A model generated the notes under the pieces. The model made no database searches. It was given only the letters and a program-made list of their open reading frames with translations, and was not told the origin of the DNA. This document shows, piece after piece, positions 57,767 through 64,000 of a stretch of DNA of 64,000 bases. The position numbers were made by a program, and so were the translations under genes. Within the stretch, counting starts at the first letter, position 1, and each line of letters opens with the position of its first letter. The stretch lies in NCBI GenBank assembly GCA_032117235.1, contig JAULZW010000005.1, positions 31,264 to 95,263 on the forward strand, in the 5' to 3' direction. Origin of the DNA: Minisyncoccota bacterium. GTDB lineage: Bacteria; Patescibacteriota; Minisyncoccia; SW-4-49-11.

Positions 57767-58167
57767 ATATAAGATATATGAATACTTCAGACCCTATCGC
57801 AGACATGTTAACAAGAATTAGAAACTCTCAGCTTGTAAATAAAAAAGAGGTATCTATTCCTTACTCTAAGCTTAAGTTTGAAATTGCTAAGTTATTAAAA
57901 ACAAGAAAATTCATATCAGCAGTTGAGAAGAAAGAGCAAGAAAACGCATTTCCTTTGATTGTTGTTACTCTAAAAAAAGATGGTATTAAAGGTATTGATA
58001 GAGTTAGCAAACCAGGTAGAAGAGTTTATTCTAAATCTCAAGATTTACCAACTCAATTTAAATATGGTAAAGGAACTGTAATAGTTTCCACTTCAAAAGG
58101 TATTATTGATGCTAATACTGCTAAGAGAGAAAAACTGGGGGGTGAAATTATCTGTCAAGTTTGGTAA
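57760..58167 (+). CDS. rpsH: 30S ribosomal protein S8
   Basis: [13 protein letters not shown]-terminus. Confidence 0.95.
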   Translation: MVNIRYMNTSDPIADMLTRIRNSQLVNKKEVSIPYSKLKFEIAKLLKTRKFISAVEKKEQENAFPLIVVTLKKDGIKGIDRVSKPGRRVYSKSQDLPTQFKYGKGTVIVSTSKGIIDANTAKREKLGGEIICQVW

Positions 58168-58185
58168 TAAGGTAAATATAATATT

Positions 58186-58722
58186 ATGTCAAGAGTAGGT
58201 AAAAAACCAATTCAAATTCCTAAAGAAGTATCAGTAATATTAGAAGATAATACTTTGAAAGTTACTGGTCCTAAAGGAACTTTGAAACAAGTAGTTAGTC
58301 ATCCAATTTCCTTTGAAATAGGAGAAAATGAGGTATTTGTAGCTCCAAAAGAGCAGATCAAAAATGTAAGTGCTTTTTGGGGTTTATATAGAGCTTTACT
58401 TCAAAATATGATTACTGGAGTAACTGAAGGCTTTACTAAAAAATTAAGAATTGAAGGGGTTGGATATAGAGTGGCCTTACAGGAACAAACTTTAATATTG
58501 AACTTGGGTTATTCTCATCCGATTGAAATTACTGCTCCAGAAGGAATTTCATTTGAAGTAGAAAAAAACACTATATCTGTTCAGGGTATTAGTAAAGAAT
58601 TAGTGGGACAGGTATCAGCTAATATAAGATCTACCAGACCTCCAGAACCATATAAAGGGAAAGGTGTTAGATATGATGATGAGTTTGTAAGAATGAAAGT
58701 AGGTAAGAAGACATCTTCTTAA
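58186..58722 (+). CDS. rplF: 50S ribosomal protein L6
   Basis: MSRVGKKPIQIPKEV N-terminus. Confidence 0.95.
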   Translation: MSRVGKKPIQIPKEVSVILEDNTLKVTGPKGTLKQVVSHPISFEIGENEVFVAPKEQIKNVSAFWGLYRALLQNMITGVTEGFTKKLRIEGVGYRVALQEQTLILNLGYSHPIEITAPEGISFEVEKNTISVQGISKELVGQVSANIRSTRPPEPYKGKGVRYDDEFVRMKVGKKTSS

Positions 58723-58775
58723 TACTTGAAATATTAAGTTAAATATGATATAGTATTGTTTATAATGTATATAGT

Positions 58776-59132
58776 ATGAAAGAAATTTTGGATAAACAGA
58801 GAAGATTAGCGAGAAGAAAAGTAAGAGTTAGAGGTAAAATCTCTGGTAGCTCTACTGTTCCTAGATTGGCTGTATCTAAAAGCAATACAAGTGTCTATGC
58901 TCAGTTAATAGATGATATTAAGGGTATTACTTTGGTAGGTGTGCATAGTAAATCAATTAATACTGGTAATAATGTTACTGTTGCTGATTCTGAAAAACTA
59001 GGTCAAAAATTAGCAGAGATGGCTCTTAAGAAAAATATTCATCGAGCTGTTTTTGATAGAAGAGGTAGAAAATATACAGGTAAAATAGCGGCTTTTGCTG
59101 AAGGAGTTCGTAAATCAGGATTAAGAGTTTAA
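58776..59132 (+). CDS. rplR: 50S ribosomal protein L18
   Basis: RLAVSKSNTSVYAQLIDD block. Confidence 0.9.
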   Translation: MKEILDKQRRLARRKVRVRGKISGSSTVPRLAVSKSNTSVYAQLIDDIKGITLVGVHSKSINTGNNVTVADSEKLGQKLAEMALKKNIHRAVFDRRGRKYTGKIAAFAEGVRKSGLRV

Positions 59133-59140
59133 TAATTATT

Positions 59141-59602
59141 ATGTCAAAAAGTCAACAACAATCACGACAGCCAGAAAAAAGAGAATATGACCACAAAGTT
59201 CTTGATATAGCTAGAGTAGCTCGTGTTATGGCAGGAGGAAGAAGATTTTCATTTAGAGCTGCGGTAGTTATAGGAGATAGAAATGGTAAGGTAGGAGTTG
59301 GGTTAGGAAAAGGAGCGGACACTGCTATTGCTATTGACAAGGCTATTAACTCAGCTAAGAAGAAATTAGTACAAATAGATGTTAGTACAGGTACTATTCC
59401 AGTTGATTCTACTGCAAAGTTTGGAAGTGCTCAAGTTATTTTAAAACCAGCAAAGGAAGGAAAAGGAATTGTAGCTGGAGGGGCTACTAGAACAGTAGTT
59501 GATTTAGTGGGTATTAAAAATATAACCTCTAAAATGTTAGGTGGTAACAATAAGCTTAATAATGCAAGGGCAACTGTAAAAGCTTTATTAAAGACACAAT
59601 AG
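59141..59602 (+). CDS. rpsE: 30S ribosomal protein S5
   Basis: dsRBD block RVARVMAGGRRFSFRAAVVIGD and a C-terminal domain. Confidence 0.95.
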   Translation: MSKSQQQSRQPEKREYDHKVLDIARVARVMAGGRRFSFRAAVVIGDRNGKVGVGLGKGADTAIAIDKAINSAKKKLVQIDVSTGTIPVDSTAKFGSAQVILKPAKEGKGIVAGGATRTVVDLVGIKNITSKMLGGNNKLNNARATVKALLKTQ

Positions 59603-59603
59603 T

Positions 59604-60068
59604 ATGCAAATTCACACATTATCTTCAAATTTATCTAAAAAATCTCGTAAGCGTATTGGTCGTGGTGGAAAGCGAGGAACATATAGTGGTAAAGGTCAAA
59701 AAGGACAAAAATCTAGATCAGGAGCTAAGATATCTCCTTTATTTACAGGAGGTAGTGCTGCTTTAGCTGGACAAGGAAGTCGTGTTATTCATAAAAGAAG
59801 AGGACAGTCTCCAGTACAAGGTCATCATAGAATAGGAAATGTTAAAGGTAAGGTTTCATATAAAGTAATCAATATAGAGTCTATTGCTAATTTGTTTGAT
59901 AATAAGGCTATTATTAATATGGAGAGCCTAGTTGAAGCTAAATTAGTATCTAATAACTCTATTAAGGTCAAGATCTTAGCTAAAAATACTGGAGATATTA
60001 TTAACAAAAAATTTACTTTTGAAAATTTAGTAACATCTAAAACAGTGCAAAATTTGTATAGCATCTAA
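59604..60068 (+). CDS. rplO: 50S ribosomal protein L15 (immediately after S5; no L30 gene)
   Basis: KKSRKRIGRGGKRGTYSGKGQKGQKSRSG glycine/arginine-rich N-terminus. Confidence 0.85.
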   Translation: MQIHTLSSNLSKKSRKRIGRGGKRGTYSGKGQKGQKSRSGAKISPLFTGGSAALAGQGSRVIHKRRGQSPVQGHHRIGNVKGKVSYKVINIESIANLFDNKAIINMESLVEAKLVSNNSIKVKILAKNTGDIINKKFTFENLVTSKTVQNLYSI

Positions 60069-60130
60069 ATATCTTAGATTGTTTATATTAAATAAATTGT
60101 AAGACTAATAATATATTATAAGATATAGAT

Positions 60131-61393
60131 ATGAAAAGATGGCTATATATAGCTAAAATCCCAGAGTTGAGAAATAAATTATTACTAGTTTTAGGACTTT
60201 TAGTTGTATATAGATTAATAGCATCAGTCCCAATTCCAGCAATTGATATAGACCGTATTAAAGAATTTGCCTCATCTAATCAAATCTTTGGTCTATTAGA
60301 TGTATTTTCTGGTGGTGGCTTTTCCAACTTTTCTTTAGTTGCTTTAGGTGTGGGGCCATATATTACAGCTTCAATTATAATGCAGTTGTTTACAATGGTA
60401 GTACCATCTCTGAATCGCCTATATAAGGAGGAAGGAGAACAAGGTCGTCAAATATTCAATCAATATACTAGAATGTTGACTGTTCCATTGTCTATTTTGC
60501 AAGCTATGTCTACATTAACAGTATTACGAAGTGCTGGAGTAATACAAGAAATTACAAGTTTGCAAGTTATTACAGTGATATCACTTATGACTGCTGGTAC
60601 CTTAGGTTTAATGTGGTTAGGTGAGATTATAACTAATCAAAAAGTAGGAAATGGAATATCTTTGATTATTTTTGCAGGTATAATATCATCTTTACCTACT
60701 ACTCTTAATCAATTTAGACTTAACTTTAATAGAGCAGATATGCCAACTTATTTGTTATATTTAGTAATTATAGTTGCCGTTATATATGCAATTATATTTA
60801 TTACAGAAGGTCAGAGAAATATCCCAATATCTTATAGTAAAAAATCAAGGGGGGCATTAGTTAATAGTCAGGTAGACACTTATTTACCAATGAAAGTAAA
60901 TCAAGCAGGTGTAATGCCAATAATTTTTGCCGTGTCCCTAGTATTGTTTCCTAAAATTATTTCAAGTTTACTATTGCAGACTAATATTGATTGGGTTAAG
61001 AATATTGCAACTAATATAAATACATTTTTAGATAACCAAGTGGTTTATGCTAGCATATATTTTATACTAGTATTAGTATTTACTTATGTATATACCACCA
61101 TAGTATTTGAGCCTAAGGCTGTAGCTGAAAACTTACAAAAACAAGGAGGCTTTGTTACAGGTATTAGACCTGGTGAAAAAACTGCCCAATATTTACAATA
61201 TGTATCCAATAGAATTATTATATTTGGAGCTATATTCCTAGGACTAATAGCAGTATTGCCATTTATAATGACTGGATTTACAGGTAATCTATCCATTGGA
61301 GGAACTAGTATGCTGATTGTAGTTTCAGTTATTCTTGAAACAATGAAACAAATAGATTCTCAGATTATTGTTAGAGATTACGACTCCTTGTAA
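60131..61393 (+). CDS. secY: preprotein translocase subunit SecY
   Basis: 420 aa with 10 predicted TM helices. SecY blocks GVGPYITASIIMQL and GGTSMLIVV. Confidence 0.95.
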   Translation: MKRWLYIAKIPELRNKLLLVLGLLVVYRLIASVPIPAIDIDRIKEFASSNQIFGLLDVFSGGGFSNFSLVALGVGPYITASIIMQLFTMVVPSLNRLYKEEGEQGRQIFNQYTRMLTVPLSILQAMSTLTVLRSAGVIQEITSLQVITVISLMTAGTLGLMWLGEIITNQKVGNGISLIIFAGIISSLPTTLNQFRLNFNRADMPTYLLYLVIIVAVIYAIIFITEGQRNIPISYSKKSRGALVNSQVDTYLPMKVNQAGVMPIIFAVSLVLFPKIISSLLLQTNIDWVKNIATNINTFLDNQVVYASIYFILVLVFTYVYTTIVFEPKAVAENLQKQGGFVTGIRPGEKTAQYLQYVSNRIIIFGAIFLGLIAVLPFIMTGFTGNLSIGGTSMLIVVSVILETMKQIDSQIIVRDYDSL

Positions 61394-61423
61394 TAAAATA
61401 TTTTAATTTTTAAGCTATAATCT

Positions 61424-62323
61424 TTAGATAACATCTCTACTTCTAAAATATAAATATAGACACAAAGATATTCCTAAGGCTATACATACAGCAACAAAAA
61501 AAGCTAAGTTATGATTAAGAAAATCCATTTTAGCATTTATCCCTAATAGTCCAATAAAAAGAGTAGATGGAGCTAGAGTAGTAGAAAAAGTAGTCAAGGT
61601 CTTTATGTTTTTATTCAATTTATGAGACAATAGTGTTTGATTCGTTTGGTCAAAAGCTTCAATGGCTTCCTTTAAGTTTTCTGTAATATTCCAAATATGG
61701 ATATTGCTAGAAATTATATCGGTAATATGTTTGGATTTAACCTGATTTTCAGGAAAATATTGTGGAATTAATCTGATTGAAGAATCTATGACTGATTTAT
61801 GTAATCTTATTGTTTTACGGAAATCTAAAACATCTCTTTTGACTATAGATATCTCAGAAATCATATTTTGTTCATTGCCTTTAAAAATTTCTTCCTCAAT
61901 AAAGTCAATTTTCTCAGCTATACGATTGAGAGGAGTCATACAAGAAGATAGCATTTTTTCAATCAAAAATATATACAAGTCTACAGGGCTATTAAATCTC
62001 GAAGTTTTTCCTTCTAAATTTGACATACTTACATTTATAAAATGAACGTTTTTCTTATGAGATGTCACAAAGTAACCTTGACTTAATATACAGTCTATTT
62101 CTACTGCTTGATTTTTTCTTAGCGTTTTATCATATAAAGGATAATGTAATATGACCGCCATATAATCTATGTATTCTTCTAATCTTTGCAAATGAATAGG
62201 TGACTTTAAAATTTGTTCAGTTGTATCCTTAAGGTTAATAATATTATCCAGATTATCCAAATCAGCTTGAACATCGGGATTAATATCAATCCAGACAAAG
62301 GAGGAAAATTGAATTTTTTTCAT
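61424..62323 (-). CDS. CorA-like divalent cation transporter with GIN in place of the canonical GMN loop
   Basis: Soluble N-terminal domain plus two C-terminal TM helices. The loop reads LLGINAKMDF where CorA proteins normally carry YGMNF. Confidence 0.55.
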   Translation of the reverse strand: MKKIQFSSFVWIDINPDVQADLDNLDNIINLKDTTEQILKSPIHLQRLEEYIDYMAVILHYPLYDKTLRKNQAVEIDCILSQGYFVTSHKKNVHFINVSMSNLEGKTSRFNSPVDLYIFLIEKMLSSCMTPLNRIAEKIDFIEEEIFKGNEQNMISEISIVKRDVLDFRKTIRLHKSVIDSSIRLIPQYFPENQVKSKHITDIISSNIHIWNITENLKEAIEAFDQTNQTLLSHKLNKNIKTLTTFSTTLAPSTLFIGLLGINAKMDFLNHNLAFFVAVCIALGISLCLYLYFRSRDVI

Positions 62324-62417
62324 ATATATATTAAACTATAACTAATATAAGTGTAACAGTTATCTCTTAAAAGTCAAGATTATTATGTTCAAAACACAGT
62401 ATCATAGAAACACTCCA

Positions 62418-63377
62418 ATGAGAATAGATAAATTCTTAGCAGAATTTTTGCAAGATATATCTAGACAACAAATTCAAGTTTTAATTAAAAATAATGTAGT
62501 CCTTAAAAATGGGAATATTATAAATAAAACAAAAGAATTAGTTTCATTAGGAGATATTATAGAAGTCAATACTCCCAAAATCAAACACCAACCAATTATA
62601 CTAGATGATAAACTCAAGCAAGACTTAGCAGAAAAAGTACAAATATTATTTGAGCATAAAGACTTTTTAATAGTAAATAAACCCGCAGGCTTATTGATAC
62701 ATAAAACTAATAATATAAACTCATACTCTCTTGTCGATATATTGATATTCAAGTACCCAGAAATTAAAGAGGCAGTAGATGATAATCAAAGTAAAGAATC
62801 TATATTACAAAATAGATATGGAATAGTACATCGTATAGACAAAGATACTAGTGGCTTAGTAATTGTAGCTCGTAATAAGAATGCTTTAATTAGATTGAAA
62901 CATTTATTTAAATACAGAAAAGTTTACAAAGAATATATTTGTTTAGTCAGGGGTATTATAAAAAGTGACTATGGCAATATTACATATCCAATTACTAGAT
63001 CTAAATTAGAGCATACTAAGAGAGTAGCAGTAATATCTGATAAACAATCACAAAATATTCAAAGAACAGCACATACTGAATATTGGGTTATACAAAGATA
63101 TCAAGATAGCACTCTATTAAAAGTAGTAATTCATACTGGCAGAACTCATCAAATTAGAGTACATATGCAAGCAATTGGACACTCAATAATAGGAGATAAA
63201 TTGTATGGAGGTAAATTAGAACACAAAGATAAAAACACAATACAAAGACAATTTTTACATTCATCAAAATTAAAGTTTGAATACTTAGGGCAAGAGTATG
63301 AGTTTTTATCAGATTTACCAAGTAATCTAATGTTCTATAAATCAACCAAAGCCGACTTATCCACAAATATAGGATAG
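62418..63377 (+). CDS. RluA-family 23S rRNA pseudouridine synthase (RluD-like, S4 domain + catalytic domain)
   Basis: S4-like MRIDKFLAEF N-terminus. Catalytic motif VHRIDKDTSGLVIVARNK. Confidence 0.8.
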   Translation: MRIDKFLAEFLQDISRQQIQVLIKNNVVLKNGNIINKTKELVSLGDIIEVNTPKIKHQPIILDDKLKQDLAEKVQILFEHKDFLIVNKPAGLLIHKTNNINSYSLVDILIFKYPEIKEAVDDNQSKESILQNRYGIVHRIDKDTSGLVIVARNKNALIRLKHLFKYRKVYKEYICLVRGIIKSDYGNITYPITRSKLEHTKRVAVISDKQSQNIQRTAHTEYWVIQRYQDSTLLKVVIHTGRTHQIRVHMQAIGHSIIGDKLYGGKLEHKDKNTIQRQFLHSSKLKFEYLGQEYEFLSDLPSNLMFYKSTKADLSTNIG

Positions 63378-63430
63378 ACAAAATATTATAAAAATGATAA
63401 TCTAAAATATATAACAATAGATAATAATAT

Positions 63431-64000
63431 ATGAAAAAACAATATAAAATATTAGGAATTTTAATAACAATAGGAATATTATTAAGTCCTCATATAATAG
63501 TAATTGCTCAAGAAGAGTCAGGTATCTTTATACCTGAAGAAAACCAAGCTGATCTGGATCTAAGAGCAAAAGTAAAATCAGGAGAGAAACTTACAAAAGA
63601 AGAGTTTGAACAATTGCAGAAGCTCATAAAAAATGGAAAAAGTACTGAGGTATCAAGTTGGCAATTAAAAGAAGATGAGATCCCAACTAAAGAACAAATA
63701 GATAAAATACAAAAAAATCAATCAACTCAACAAGCTTATACTTATAAAAGTCAATTAGAAACAGCAGGAGTAAAAATAGGCTCATTGGGTAATTGTATGG
63801 ATACATACAAATTTGGAAGTATTAAAATTAATATTACTCAAGATCAGCAAAAGTATAATCCAGGAGATATTATTCAATTAAAGGGAGCTATCAAGAATGA
63901 GAATGTCTACCCAGTAACAGGGCTAACTATCTCAGCTAGACTTGTTAAGAATATTCCTAATTCTAATGATCAAGCCTTTAGCACAACTCTAGATGAATTC
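63431..64000 (+). CDS. secreted/membrane-anchored hypothetical protein, 3' partial (runs off the window end)
   Basis: Not in the ORF track because it has no stop. ATG at 63431, then signal-peptide-like KILGILITIGILLSPHIIVIAQE. No in-frame stop through position 64000. Confidence 0.45.
   Translation, partial: MKKQYKILGILITIGILLSPHIIVIAQEESGIFIPEENQADLDLRAKVKSGEKLTKEEFEQLQKLIKNGKSTEVSSWQLKEDEIPTKEQIDKIQKNQSTQQAYTYKSQLETAGVKIGSLGNCMDTYKFGSIKINITQDQQKYNPGDIIQLKGAIKNENVYPVTGLTISARLVKNIPNSNDQAFSTTLDEF

Noticed and set aside
1-64000. Alternative genetic code (UGA=Gly code 25 or UGA=Trp code 4), given CPR-like or Mollicutes-like AT-richness
   Set aside because: Conserved genes (tuf, recA, secY, leuS) are intact under the standard code with no in-frame TGA. 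TGA acts as a stop in several ATGA gene overlaps, for example pgk/GT1 at 22117-22120.
1-64000. CRISPR arrays or other short tandem repeat arrays
   Set aside because: No regularly spaced direct repeats of 24-48 nt were seen in any intergenic region. The only repeated short motif is the three CUACGAA copies inside the structured element.

Overview
This is an AT-rich (about 30% GC) bacterial window. It uses the standard genetic code with TGA as a stop, for example at the pgk/GT1 ATGA overlap and throughout the intact 398-aa EF-Tu ORF. Several features fit a reduced-genome bacterium, plausibly Patescibacteria/CPR-like, though this is not provable from sequence alone: (1) a complete archaeal-type A/V-ATPase operon, (2) no rpmD (L30) between rpsE and rplO, (3) a zinc-type S14, (4) ADP-forming acetyl-CoA synthetase, and (5) minimal aminoacyl-tRNA synthetases. 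Content runs from the V/A-ATPase operon (atpH-like, I, K, E, C, F, A, B, D; minus strand) through cca with an adjacent tRNA-Thr(CGU), cysS, a cell-envelope block (VanW, FemAB, LCP, GT1/GT2, CtpA) and a 999-aa protein containing two complete PilB/GspE secretion-ATPase modules. It then covers pgk, proS with an adjacent Nudix gene, an isoprenoid pair, recA, two gpmA paralogues, leuS, glgP, rpmA, an FtsQ-like gene, a GT39-like membrane glycosyltransferase, a VirB4-like ATPase, trpS, a beta-CASP RNase and ADP-forming ACS. The window ends with tuf and the large ribosomal cluster (S10 to L15, secY), followed by a CorA-like transporter and an RluD-like pseudouridine synthase. The most unusual observations are: (1) a complete Nudix hydrolase domain inserted in-frame into LeuS just after an apparently intact CP1 editing domain, with a second stand-alone Nudix gene directly upstream of an editing-domain-less ProRS, (2) the tandem-duplicated PilB-like ATPase, (3) a GC-rich (about 48-50%) island next to tRNA-Thr that holds a highly structured non-coding element and a foreign-looking gene, (4) a second small GC-rich island, (5) a transposase C-terminal relic upstream of tuf, and (6) a consensus sigma70-like promoter embedded between rplP and rpmC.
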